41,655 nt of DNA from a virus (IMGVR_UViG_3300046779_000350:1-41655); one strand, 5' to 3'; numbered from the stretch's first letter, positions 1 through 8,710 are shown. The notes: generated by a model not told the origin, from the letters alone. Numbers and translations are program-made.

Positions 1-187
1 TAGTTAAAAACCTTGGTGGATGGAGACCATATCATGACGAAGACACTACTCAATCAGAGTCACAAGAAGAAAGCGGAAGCGACGATGATTAGTACCTATC
101 TTGAATGGTTGACTCAGCATGAGTTCGAAGCAGATGAATGACCTACGTGGCGAACCAACGTTCGCTTGCATATGTGGTTGTCTCATG
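1..187. repeat. Terminal direct repeat (left copy), circularisation overlap
   Basis: 1..187 is identical to 41469..41655 except T at 60 versus C at 41528. Confidence 0.97.
85..141 (+). CDS. Possible 18-aa micropeptide MISTYLEWLTQHEFEADE
   Basis: ATG overlaps the end of the sigma-factor gene and TGA overlaps the next start; it fills the gap in a tightly packed operon, but has no homology support. Confidence 0.3.
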   Translation: MISTYLEWLTQHEFEADE

Positions 188-316
188 TTTGAAGTTACTG
201 TAATGTGGGACCAAGAGACAAGGGAAGTATCATGGTATGACCTTGCTCAGAAGTGTAAGGAATGTGGCACAATAACAACTGCGCCTACACCGATTGATTG
301 GATGGACTGCGACTAA
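134..316 (+). CDS. Small Cys-rich putative Zn-binding protein
   Basis: CICGC and CKECG motifs; start at 134 (MNDLRG) or 119. Confidence 0.75.
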   Translation: MNDLRGEPTFACICGCLMFEVTVMWDQETREVSWYDLAQKCKECGTITTAPTPIDWMDCD

Positions 317-540
317 TGACTCACGATGAATTGTTAGCAGATATAGATAAAAAGATTTTGCTATCAGAACATACAATCTACCCTATTTATATGCAAGCAT
401 TTCGTGCAATAGTGGAATTGCATAAGCCACAACCTGACCATTGCCCGTGTTGCCCACCAGTCCTATGTGAATGTGCAGAAGTTTATCCTTGCCCAACTAT
501 CAAGGCTATTGAGAAGGAGTTAGATAGTGCCACTATATGA
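316..540 (+). CDS. Hypothetical Cys-rich phage protein
   Basis: TAATG coupling to the upstream gene; ELHKP...C.EC...YPCPTI pattern typical of small actinophage proteins. Confidence 0.7.
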   Translation: MTHDELLADIDKKILLSEHTIYPIYMQAFRAIVELHKPQPDHCPCCPPVLCECAEVYPCPTIKAIEKELDSATI

Positions 541-688
541 TTTTAAATGCAACACCTGTAGTGAGGTTATAGAAACAAATGAAAACATACCACCGATTTG
601 TTCTACTTGCAGTGGAACTATGCAGCGCATATGGTCTGCTCCAGGGATTAAGTTTAATGCACCAGGCTTCTACTCAACAGGAGGATGA
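527..688 (+). CDS. FmdB-family zinc-ribbon protein (53 aa, absent from the ORF track)
   Basis: GTG start after AAGGAG; MPLYDFKCNTC...CSTCSGTMQRIWSAPGIKFNAPGFYSTGG matches the FmdB CxxC..CxxC..F.G.GFY.T pattern. Confidence 0.85.
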   Translation: MPLYDFKCNTCSEVIETNENIPPICSTCSGTMQRIWSAPGIKFNAPGFYSTGG

Positions 689-969
689 TGAACCTATCGT
701 ATGAGTTAATGTGGACAGACCAAGCAAACTGTGCTGGTCTAGATACAAACGACTTCTTTGTCGAAGATGGTAGTAAGAGATACGACAACGAACAGATACT
801 TGCTCGCATATGTAAGGGTTGTGTAGTAAAGACAGAGTGTCTTAACTATGCATTACACAATAATGTGACAGGATATTGGGGCGGTACAACAGAAAAGACT
901 AGGCGCAGTCTGCGTCAGAAGTATGGCATCATAGCCAAAGGACTAGCATTCGAAGGGTTATATTCATGA
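685..969 (+). CDS. whiB: WhiB-family Fe-S transcription regulator
   Basis: W...ANC...FF...ICKGCVVKTECLNYAL...GYWGG: four Cys plus the G[VY]WGG turn. Confidence 0.95.
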   Translation: MMNLSYELMWTDQANCAGLDTNDFFVEDGSKRYDNEQILARICKGCVVKTECLNYALHNNVTGYWGGTTEKTRRSLRQKYGIIAKGLAFEGLYS

Positions 970-1118
970 CAGCAGGAGATTTATTTATTGCACTACTTGG
1001 AGCATTGGTAATCAAGGATATTATTATCCGAGCACTTGATGACCTATCATGGCGACTTCACAAGAAGAAGCATGGTTCTCTTATTAAACTTCTTGGCAAG
1101 GCAGAAGACGTAGAATAA
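966..1118 (+). CDS. Small membrane-associated protein (50 aa)
   Basis: ATGA overlap with whiB; MTAGDLFIALLGALVIKDII hydrophobic N-terminus; stop just before the terminator. Confidence 0.65.
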   Translation: MTAGDLFIALLGALVIKDIIIRALDDLSWRLHKKKHGSLIKLLGKAEDVE

Positions 1119-1122
1119 AAAC

Positions 1123-1172
1123 AAAAAAGACCCCCGCCTGGTAGGTTAAATTACCAGAGCGGGGGCTTTTAA
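1123..1172. terminator. Bidirectional intrinsic terminator between the converging arms
   Basis: A-tract, CCCCCGC-CTGGTA/TACCAG-A-GCGGGGG hairpin, then T-tract. Confidence 0.9.
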
Positions 1173-1182
1173 TTTATTAGTG

Positions 1183-1374
1183 TTACTTAGTGCGTCCAAA
1201 TTCAGGCGCTGACTTATCAAGTGCCTTCATAACTGGACCTACAAGACCTGCAACAAACGCAGTAGCCAAGACCTTTGGGTCATGCTGACCAGCAGTGTAT
1301 AGAGCAACTACTGATGCAGCAGCAGCACGTAGGTATGACAATCCGATTTGCTTTGCTTTTTCTTTGTCGAACAT
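1183..1374 (-). CDS. Putative holin
   Basis: 63 aa with two hydrophobic segments, directly after the endolysin; AGGAG RBS. Confidence 0.7.
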   Translation of the reverse strand: MFDKEKAKQIGLSYLRAAAASVVALYTAGQHDPKVLATAFVAGLVGPVMKALDKSAPEFGRTK

Positions 1375-1383
1375 TTGTTCTCC

Positions 1384-1893
1384 TTATGATTTGAATACAG
1401 GCTTGCCAAAGCCTACGATATAAACTGGCAGTGACTTCTTTAGTGCTGGTCCATTCTTGACCTTATATGCACGCTTCTTCAAACAGACCTGACCACCATT
1501 GCGCTGGTCTCCCTTTTTATCTGGGCTAGTATTGCCTTCGATACAAGTTACAGTTCCGTCTCCGTTGTCTTTAGCCACGATTCCAACGTGACTAATGCGG
1601 TCAATACCATCGTTGGGAAAATCAAAGAAAACAATATCCCCAGGTAGTGGAGTCGCTTCATCTACTTTCTCCCATTGTCCTTTCTTAATGAACGCTTGGG
1701 CTCCAGCAAGTGTGCTAACGCAGTTAGGAACTTTAAGCCCAACTTCGTTCGCGCACCACATGACAAACGAACCACACCACGGTAGGAAGTTTGCCTTAGT
1801 GAACGCACCATATTTAGTTTCATTATCTTTTGGTCCCTCGATTACGCCGATTTCTGCTCGGGCTGCCATTACAAATTGATTACGCTGTCCCAT
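1384..1893 (-). CDS. Endolysin, CHAP/NlpC-P60 amidase-peptidase
   Basis: PWCGSFVMW catalytic Cys, PGDIVFF, SHVGIV catalytic His, CIEGNT. Confidence 0.92.
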   Translation of the reverse strand: MGQRNQFVMAARAEIGVIEGPKDNETKYGAFTKANFLPWCGSFVMWCANEVGLKVPNCVSTLAGAQAFIKKGQWEKVDEATPLPGDIVFFDFPNDGIDRISHVGIVAKDNGDGTVTCIEGNTSPDKKGDQRNGGQVCLKKRAYKVKNGPALKKSLPVYIVGFGKPVFKS

Positions 1894-2135
1894 TATTCAC
1901 TCGCCTTCTTGTCTACTTTTGCAAATGCTGCGTTGATTTCATCTGAATCTAACTTGCCATCTGCAAGGAAGAATCTTGCTAGGGCTTCTAGTACTCGCGC
2001 TGCGCCTAGAGCGCCAGCGAGTACGGCTGCCTGCCATACTTCAATACCTACCAATGAGCCAGCACCGATAACTCCAAGTGCTTCGGCTGCAATGACTGCA
2101 AGTATTCGCATCATTACATTCTTAAATGTATCCAT
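1893..2135 (-). CDS. Small membrane protein (holin-like)
   Basis: Two hydrophobic helices then DGKLDSDEINAAF; located in the lysis cassette. Confidence 0.75.
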   Translation of the reverse strand: MDTFKNVMMRILAVIAAEALGVIGAGSLVGIEVWQAAVLAGALGAARVLEALARFFLADGKLDSDEINAAFAKVDKKASE

Positions 2136-2308
2136 TATTCATCGTCCTTTAGATTGCGTAGATTAAGCGTGACTGTCCAGAGAACTAGACATGCCACGAT
2201 TGCATAACCAACAACTGTCTTAGCAGACCCCTCAAGGACTACCCAAGCGACGAACATTCCAAGGAGTGTCCATAGTTGATTGGCAATATCTGATAGTAGT
2301 TTTTTCAT
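2135..2308 (-). CDS. Two-TM membrane protein (57 aa, absent from the ORF track)
   Basis: MKKLLSDIANQLWTLLGMFVAWVVLEGSAKTVVGYAIVACLVLWTVTLNLRNLKDDE; TAATG coupling at both ends. Confidence 0.85.
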   Translation of the reverse strand: MKKLLSDIANQLWTLLGMFVAWVVLEGSAKTVVGYAIVACLVLWTVTLNLRNLKDDE

Positions 2309-3780
2309 TATGGCTTTCTCCTATATGCTGCAGTCGCAGCAGCGCCTGCTGCTGCCTGTGTTGCTACACCACCTGCAATAATCGCAGAGACAACTACTTC
2401 TTCTGCTGTCTCACGTACTTCTGGTGGGAGGTCCGCCCCTACATTTCCGATGGCTGCAAGTGCAGCACCAGGGTCTGTAAACATTTCTTGCAGCAATGCT
2501 GCTGGGTCTTGCAATAAAGCCACAGCAATTGCAACTTCTGCTGTAACAACTACACCGTTATCTAGTTCTACGGGAGTAGATGGTGCTAGACTTTCCAGAT
2601 TAACACTGTGAACACTAGGAGGTTCAGGTGCAGTATCAGGTACTGATGGTTGTGAAGGTTCTGGAGTTGGCTGTTGCAAAGGCTCAGGACTTGGTTCGTT
2701 CTGTTCCTCTTGGACAGGCTCAGGTTGAGGTTCAGGTTGAACTTCTTCTACAGGAACTGGTGAAGGTTCTTCGACAGGCTCTGGCGCTGGAGCAGGAGGC
2801 TCTTCGGCTGGCTCAGGAGGGGCTTCAGGAGCCTCTGGAGGGGTCTCTGGGGCAACTTCTGCCTCCGCTGGTGGGATTGGCGGCTCTTCCGCAACTGGAG
2901 GTGCTGGTTCAGGAACAACTACAGAAGCAGGTGGACTTGGCACTGGGTCTGGAGCGGGCGCTGAAGGCGCAGGAGCAGGGGCTGGCTGAGGTTGAGGCTC
3001 AGGTTGAGGTGCTGGCTGCGGAGCAGGTGCGGGAGTTGGTTCAGGTTCCACTGCTGGAGGCGGAGTAGGCACACTTGGTGCTGGCTCTACTGGTACAGTA
3101 GGTTCGCTAGTAGCGGTAGTTGTATCTAAAACTGTAGGGGTGTCAGATGGAGTTGTTGATACTGTTGGGGTTTCTGACGGGTTGGTTTGTGTGTTGGATG
3201 CAGGAGTCGTCGTCTCGACGGAAGTTGAAGCAGATGGAGACGGACTTGGAGCAGGTTGCTCTACACTTGCAGTCTCACTTGGAGTTGGAGAAGCCTCTGA
3301 TGTTGGAGTTGAGGTCTCGCTTGGCTGAGGACTTGGAGAAGTGGTCGCGGTATTTGTCTCTTGCGTACTCTGAGTCGGCGAAGGAGATGGCTCAGGAGAA
3401 GGTGAAGCAGTTGCAGTCTCAGTTGGAGTCGGTGACGGCGATGGTGCAGGAGTAGGTGCTACTCCATTGTAGTAACCTAAAGAACTGTCAGTAAGGTCAT
3501 CACTAATGTAAGTAGTAAATCCTTGTGCATATCCACCTTCACAGAACAAACGTGGAATGTATCCACGGTTAGCAAAGAACTGATTGCTGTTATCCCAACC
3601 AATCTGAAAAGATTGCTGAGTGGTATCAGGTTTAGCACAGATTACATTTGCATTGACTTGAACTGCGCTAGCAGTAGGACTCCAAAAGAAAGAAGTACCT
3701 AGAACTAAAAAGAATACTGCGTACTTACTTGCCTTTACTCTCAGAGAGTATGAGGTAAATCTGGTCAACGCGTTGTTCAA
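2308..3780 (-). CDS. Exported Pro/Ser/Thr/Glu-rich stalk protein with C-terminal hydrophobic segment
   Basis: Signal-like KYAVFFLVLGTSFFWSPTASA, small Cys-pair domain, ~280-aa low-complexity stalk, hydrophobic C-terminus ending YRRKP; exact start uncertain. Confidence 0.85.
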   Translation of the reverse strand: MNNALTRFTSYSLRVKASKYAVFFLVLGTSFFWSPTASAVQVNANVICAKPDTTQQSFQIGWDNSNQFFANRGYIPRLFCEGGYAQGFTTYISDDLTDSSLGYYNGVAPTPAPSPSPTPTETATASPSPEPSPSPTQSTQETNTATTSPSPQPSETSTPTSEASPTPSETASVEQPAPSPSPSASTSVETTTPASNTQTNPSETPTVSTTPSDTPTVLDTTTATSEPTVPVEPAPSVPTPPPAVEPEPTPAPAPQPAPQPEPQPQPAPAPAPSAPAPDPVPSPPASVVVPEPAPPVAEEPPIPPAEAEVAPETPPEAPEAPPEPAEEPPAPAPEPVEEPSPVPVEEVQPEPQPEPVQEEQNEPSPEPLQQPTPEPSQPSVPDTAPEPPSVHSVNLESLAPSTPVELDNGVVVTAEVAIAVALLQDPAALLQEMFTDPGAALAAIGNVGADLPPEVRETAEEVVVSAIIAGGVATQAAAGAAATAAYRRKP

Positions 3781-3949
3781 CTCGGTCCAATCGTTCGGTG
3801 TTGATATTAACTGCGTCCCTCATGCTGCTCCCTGAATTAGGTTTCAGTTCGCTTAAGTAATGCTGAACTAACCAGCGAATTGCTGCAGTAAATCCAACAA
3901 TCAAGGTCATTACGGCTACGGCAAAGCCAGCCCACTCTGTTGCTGTCAC
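3725..3949 (-). CDS. Single-TM membrane protein (DUF2746-like, lysis-cassette associated)
   Basis: N-terminal TM then ELKPNSGSSMRDAV and a coiled coil, as in actinophage lysis-region proteins. Confidence 0.75.
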   Translation of the reverse strand: MTATEWAGFAVAVMTLIVGFTAAIRWLVQHYLSELKPNSGSSMRDAVNINTERLDRVEQRVDQIYLILSESKGK

Positions 3950-5952
3950 TATACCGTCCTCACCACAATTGTAATAATTCCACCGTAGCCACTAAACTTA
4001 TCTGGCGGTGTACTTCTCTTCAAAGATATTGCTTCAATCTGTACTTGGCGTAGTTCTTGTGTATTCAAATCCTGCCATAACACAACGTCTCCGCTTTCTT
4101 CAATTGACTCTAACTGCAGTACGCGCTCATGCGCTCTACCTTTATAGCCAGTAGTCACACCATTACGGTCTGTCTCTGTGTCAAAGCAGTAGACAGGGAA
4201 CTGAATTAAACGCTGACGAGGCGTAGCGATAGTAGCCTTAGCCTGATAGCCCTTGAATACAGGACCAAGTGAAGTTGTAGTTGCATCACGAACAAATAGA
4301 AACTTGTAAGCAAGATACTCACGGGCTACTGATGGCTGGTTAGTACCCACTTCAACAGATGGAACTTGTGAGTCGTATGTAATATGGTCATACTCAACAC
4401 CATCCATATCAACAGTAAGCAAACCTAGTGAGCCATACGCAAAGTCACCGCGCCCAATAAGGCGCTTAAAGTTCTTAGGTTCTAGTGTGCCGTAGCGAAT
4501 ATTACCTGTCTTTAAGTAGCCAGTTGAGCGTAAAGTTGATGCATCTTCTACATAAACATGACCATCTACTCCATCAGCATGGGCTGTGCAGAATGTAAGG
4601 CGGTTAGTGCCATCAGCAAAAGCACATGCAGTTGTATGATGACCACTAACTCCTTCTACATAAAGGTCATTTGCGTATGCAAAGCGTAGTGTTTCAATCT
4701 CATTACTAAGGTCAATACGAATAACACCTGGCTCACCATCAACGCTAGTTGCACACCATATATAATGGTTACGTGCAGCAAAGTCATAGCAAGGCTGGCT
4801 GGTCTCCACGATAAGTGGACCATAAGTTATAGAACCATCTGTATCGTTAACGACAGCAGCACGAATACCCTTGTTTGTGCCAATCATCATATAACCAAGA
4901 TAGTAATAAATCTTGTGGACAATCTCGCCTACTGGTAGTTCTGCTGCAACAACAGCAGATGTAAGTGTAGGCATAACACCAGTAGTGCTAAGTGTAAACT
5001 TTTGAATAGTAGACTGAATGCCGTTATATCCTGCAATGTAGATAGCAGGACCAGATGCTGTTATAGATGTATATGTATGGCTAGATACTGGGTGTGTATA
5101 CAAAGCCGTTGGCATAGCCACGGCAGATGCAGCAAATTCATAGACCTTGTTGTCAGCACACATAACAATGCGGTCTTTAACATAGTCCATAGTTGCATTT
5201 GAGATAGTACCAATCTCATCAAACATTGGAGTACCAGGTGTTGATGAGGTAAGAGTCAAAGCCTTTTTGTATACAGTCTTTTTTGTGGCTGTATTTGTAA
5301 TCCAATATGCAGTTGTACCGTCATCGCAGATAGCATAAACAGGTGAATCAGTACCAGAAATATAGTCAATAAAGTGAACTGGATTTGTAGGGTCATCTGC
5401 TGGAATCTTGTCTACGTCATACTCATCATGTAGCAATACGCCAGAAGTAGAGTTCCATTTAATAGAACGCATAGTTTGAAATGGACGACCAGTTGAGCGA
5501 ATAGCACCAGTAGTAACGTGTCCCTGTGTTGCGTTCTTAAGTAGTGTTACTTGTCCCTTAGTCCAGACATCTACGCCTTTGCTATCGGCAAAGCGGTAGT
5601 GTCCTGCTTCATCATTAGTAGCAGGGTCAAAGAAGTTAATGCCAGCACCAGAGTGGAAAGACATCTGACTACGTAACCACCAACCAGTGAGCGACTGCTC
5701 ACCAGGTTCATTGCCATTATCAAACTGGTCTTTACGAAACGGAGCAGTCTGACGAGTAGCCTCATCTTTATCTGAGATTGCAGATATAAACGGCATACCA
5801 CCAATGGCTGTATCGTAAGAGATATTAGTGTTCTGCCAGACAGCATCTGTAGAAACAATACCAATGTCAGCAGTACCACGGGCAATAGGTAGTCCATCGC
5901 CTGCTAACGCCCAGACATTGCCATCACCCTCTGTTATGTCGCGACCAGCCAC
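3949..5952 (-). CDS. Tail protein, probable nozzle/stabilisation (beta-propeller-like) protein
   Basis: 667 aa, beta-rich; AAGGAG RBS and GTG start; size and position are consistent with a podovirus tail tubular B-type protein (inference). Confidence 0.6.
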   Translation of the reverse strand: MAGRDITEGDGNVWALAGDGLPIARGTADIGIVSTDAVWQNTNISYDTAIGGMPFISAISDKDEATRQTAPFRKDQFDNGNEPGEQSLTGWWLRSQMSFHSGAGINFFDPATNDEAGHYRFADSKGVDVWTKGQVTLLKNATQGHVTTGAIRSTGRPFQTMRSIKWNSTSGVLLHDEYDVDKIPADDPTNPVHFIDYISGTDSPVYAICDDGTTAYWITNTATKKTVYKKALTLTSSTPGTPMFDEIGTISNATMDYVKDRIVMCADNKVYEFAASAVAMPTALYTHPVSSHTYTSITASGPAIYIAGYNGIQSTIQKFTLSTTGVMPTLTSAVVAAELPVGEIVHKIYYYLGYMMIGTNKGIRAAVVNDTDGSITYGPLIVETSQPCYDFAARNHYIWCATSVDGEPGVIRIDLSNEIETLRFAYANDLYVEGVSGHHTTACAFADGTNRLTFCTAHADGVDGHVYVEDASTLRSTGYLKTGNIRYGTLEPKNFKRLIGRGDFAYGSLGLLTVDMDGVEYDHITYDSQVPSVEVGTNQPSVAREYLAYKFLFVRDATTTSLGPVFKGYQAKATIATPRQRLIQFPVYCFDTETDRNGVTTGYKGRAHERVLQLESIEESGDVVLWQDLNTQELRQVQIEAISLKRSTPPDKFSGYGGIITIVVRTV

Positions 5953-5978
5953 GTTACTCCTTAGATAGAAAAATTAGT

Positions 5979-6006
5979 TGAGCAGTTTGAATCCGTGCTC
6001 AGGGAT
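5979..6006 (-). promoter_or_regulatory. 28-nt H-type pseudoknot, copy 1
   Basis: Minus strand ATCC-CTGAGCAC-GGAT-TCAAAC-TGCTCA, 26 nt upstream of the GTG at 5952. Confidence 0.75.
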
Positions 6007-6013
6007 AAGTTAA

Positions 6014-6949
6014 TTAGAAACGAAGTACGTAAAGAACTCCAGGACGACCATTGGTTCCTGAAATAATTGCGGATTGGCTTTGTTGTGATTCAACTCCACC
6101 ACCACCAGCGCCGTATCCTGTTGCTTGTACTTCTCCATCTTGATAGTAACCCTTACCAACGCCACCAGTGCCAATAGTTGCACCAGATACAAATTGCCAA
6201 GTTACGGTTGGGGCAATTCCTGTTCTGCCGCTAGTTCCAGCACCAGGCGAGTTGATGTCTCCACCTGTTGCAGTACCACCAACAGAAGCAGCACCATTTT
6301 GAGAGTAACTAATGTTGAAACCTTTTTTACCTGGTCCTCCACCGCTTGCTGTCATTCCAGCAAACGTAGAGTCTCCTCCAGCGGTAGCGTTTTCAGTATC
6401 GCCTGCGCCACCTACACCAGCAGCACCAATTGTTACTGGCATAGAACCAGTTAATTGAACAAGTTTGTTACATACTGCACCAGAAGCGCCACCTGTGCCG
6501 TATCCAACGTTCCATTTAGCACCACCGCCACCTCCACCGCCACCAACAAGTACTGCGTATCCATAACCAGATGCAGATGTACCTGTATAAGTTCCAGATG
6601 ATGTAATTGTATCTAGTGTCCCACTAAAACCATTAGTTAACGCTGCTGCAACCTTTGTAATAGTAACAACAACATTAGAACCAGTATCAGTCCACAAACG
6701 AACTCTATCAACTGTAGAACCAATTTGAATTGTTGCTATTCCAGATACTGTTGTAGCGGTAGTAACAAGATTTGTTAATGAAGAATAAAAATAAACTTTT
6801 GCTACAGTTGTACTTGCACAAGTAACTGTATAAATAGCAGGTTCAAGAGATAACGCAGACGCATACATTGTGTTTGCAGTTGCCGCTGTAATAGAACTTG
6901 CATTAATAGAAGATGCTGCTACTGCAGGCGCTAGTTTGCTAATAGCCAT
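6014..6949 (-). CDS. Tail fibre tip protein with glycine-rich domain
   Basis: LVGGGGGGGG...GGASG...VTIGAAG.GG...GDSTF...GYGAGGGG...G.PGVLYV pattern of phage Gly-rich fibre domains. Confidence 0.8.
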   Translation of the reverse strand: MAISKLAPAVAASSINASSITAATANTMYASALSLEPAIYTVTCASTTVAKVYFYSSLTNLVTTATTVSGIATIQIGSTVDRVRLWTDTGSNVVVTITKVAAALTNGFSGTLDTITSSGTYTGTSASGYGYAVLVGGGGGGGGAKWNVGYGTGGASGAVCNKLVQLTGSMPVTIGAAGVGGAGDTENATAGGDSTFAGMTASGGGPGKKGFNISYSQNGAASVGGTATGGDINSPGAGTSGRTGIAPTVTWQFVSGATIGTGGVGKGYYQDGEVQATGYGAGGGGVESQQSQSAIISGTNGRPGVLYVLRF

Positions 6950-7251
6950 TAGGAAATCTCCACGCCTGAGATATGAAAGTTAATTGTTGTAGCAGATGCA
7001 GAGCCTGCAATAATTTTTGTAGTAGCAAGAGTCTGCTTAAGGTCAATTACTACTGTGTCATTTGCACCGATAGCAGTACCAGACGCAAGTGCAACGCCAT
7101 CAAAAGTAAGCGTGTATGTACCTGCAGTTGCTGCTGTATTAGTCACCACAATGTTAGTTACTACCGTAGTAGTAGATGATGGGACTGTGTAAAGGGTTGT
7201 GCTTGATGTTGCTGCTGCTGTTCTAGCCAGCGCTTTAGATGTTGTAGCCAT
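6949..7251 (-). CDS. Small virion beta-protein, paralogue of 10012..10341
   Basis: Shared MATT.K...TTLYTVPSST..VV..I.V.N and C-terminal G.EI. Confidence 0.8.
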   Translation of the reverse strand: MATTSKALARTAAATSSTTLYTVPSSTTTVVTNIVVTNTAATAGTYTLTFDGVALASGTAIGANDTVVIDLKQTLATTKIIAGSASATTINFHISGVEIS

Positions 7252-7271
7252 TAGTTACTACTTCCTATTCT

Positions 7272-7406
7272 TTACTTTGAATCCATGATGTCTTCGATGA
7301 CAAGTGGAGTAAGGTCTACTGCAGCCACTGCTGCAGATACTTCTGAGTCTGTAGCCAATGTTGTGGCTGTTGAGCCTAGGTTTGCTAGGTCACGTGCTTT
7401 AGTCAT
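7272..7406 (-). CDS. 44-aa mini-fibre/anchor peptide (absent from the ORF track)
   Basis: MTKARDLANLGSTATTLATDSEVSAAVAAVDLTPLVIEDIMDSK; AAGGA RBS; the M.KARDLA start resembles phage fibre N-termini. Confidence 0.75.
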   Translation of the reverse strand: MTKARDLANLGSTATTLATDSEVSAAVAAVDLTPLVIEDIMDSK

Positions 7407-7415
7407 TAGTTATCC

Positions 7416-7649
7416 TTACTTAGATAGTGCTGCGATTTCATCAGCAGACAAGCCTAGTTCTGACAACTTAGCCTGTGCTGATGCTTTGGCTGCAGCAAGT
7501 GCTTCTGCTGCTGCTTCACGTTCTGCTTGCTCTGTAGCGAATGCTGCTGCATCTGCTTCACGCTGAGAAATTTCCTCTGCTGTAAGAGGACGAACAGTTA
7601 CTTCGCCTGTCTCGCAGTTAACTTCTGTTGTTGTTAGTACTTCTGTCAT
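7416..7649 (-). CDS. Small helical protein, possible fibre assembly chaperone
   Basis: EVNCETGEVTVRPLTAEE...AKLSELGLSADEIAAL; directly follows the adhesin paralogues. Confidence 0.7.
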   Translation of the reverse strand: MTEVLTTTEVNCETGEVTVRPLTAEEISQREADAAAFATEQAEREAAAEALAAAKASAQAKLSELGLSADEIAALSK

Positions 7650-7660
7650 TTGTTTTCTCC

Positions 7661-8182
7661 CTATGAGTTCTTGATGCCATATAAATAAAAAGATGAATTT
7701 GTTGCAAAAGAATTTCCACTATCTAATGTAAATACAAGTGAAGAAATTGCAGATGTTGATGCATATAAAGTTCCACTTAACCAGGCTAGACCAGCAGTAA
7801 CGTTATTTTCACTTACACTATCTACAGAATACGATTTTTCGTAAGATGTATTTGCATAATTAGGTAAATACACATTAAAATTTCCAAACGTTGATGTAGT
7901 TGCATTAGCGCCTGGAGTGTAACCAATTAAACCACCAACACCTCCGTAACTTGCTTGAGTATAAGATTGCGGGGTTCCATCTTCATTAACTAAAACTTTG
8001 AATGTTAGTGAAGATGAATTATTTGGTTTCATTATTATTTTATCCGAAGTAGCAGAAGCACCAGACCTAGCAGATATAAAAACTAATAAATCTGTATATG
8101 TAGATGGAATTGAGGAAAAAGTTACGGATGATGCTGTTGTCGATAACGTGTTTGAAGTTATTAATTTATAAGTATTTGGCAT
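7661..8182 (-). CDS. Virion adhesin-like paralogue 4
   Basis: SVTFSSIPSTYTDL ... FYLYGI. Confidence 0.8.
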   Translation of the reverse strand: MPNTYKLITSNTLSTTASSVTFSSIPSTYTDLLVFISARSGASATSDKIIMKPNNSSSLTFKVLVNEDGTPQSYTQASYGGVGGLIGYTPGANATTSTFGNFNVYLPNYANTSYEKSYSVDSVSENNVTAGLAWLSGTLYASTSAISSLVFTLDSGNSFATNSSFYLYGIKNS

Positions 8183-8191
8183 AGTTTCTCC

Positions 8192-8710
8192 TTAAGCAGC
8201 AGTAATTCCGTAGAGGGTAAAAGTGGTGTTAGAACTATAATTTGTTCCATCTGCTGCAAAAATCTGAATGGTATTTATTGCAGCGGTTGAGCGCCATACA
8301 TTTACCATAGCGCTAATATCTTGCGATGCTGTTTGACCTAAAGAATTACCTCTTGAAATAAAAGTTTTATAGGTTGTAGTATTAGCATAATTCATTATGT
8401 TAGTAATTACAGTTCCAACTTTTTCAGAAATAACTCCAGCAAAACAATAAGCCTCATTGCTTCCACGACCTGAATACGCGCTAGTTCCATTTCCTGCAAG
8501 TTGAGTATTAGAATAATTTGTTCCAGAGTCTACAGAACCATTACCCACTCTAATTAAGAGAGAACATCTATTTGCTGAACCGCTTAGATTACCGTTTTCT
8601 ACTATAACTAAATCAGTGTACGTTGTTGGTATAGACGAAAATGTAATTGTACTAACAGAACCACTAGCAGTAGTTGTTGCAATTGGTGTATATGTTGGAC
8701 CTGCTGCCAT
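8192..8710 (-). CDS. Virion adhesin-like paralogue 3
   Basis: TITFSSIPTTYTDL ... FTLYGI. Confidence 0.8.
   Translation of the reverse strand: MAAGPTYTPIATTTASGSVSTITFSSIPTTYTDLVIVENGNLSGSANRCSLLIRVGNGSVDSGTNYSNTQLAGNGTSAYSGRGSNEAYCFAGVISEKVGTVITNIMNYANTTTYKTFISRGNSLGQTASQDISAMVNVWRSTAAINTIQIFAADGTNYSSNTTFTLYGITAA

Noticed and set aside
2628-3455. Plus-strand ORFs of 146, 62 and 102 aa
   Set aside because: Antisense shadows of the low-complexity Pro-rich gene; no RBS, and wrong strand for the late arm.
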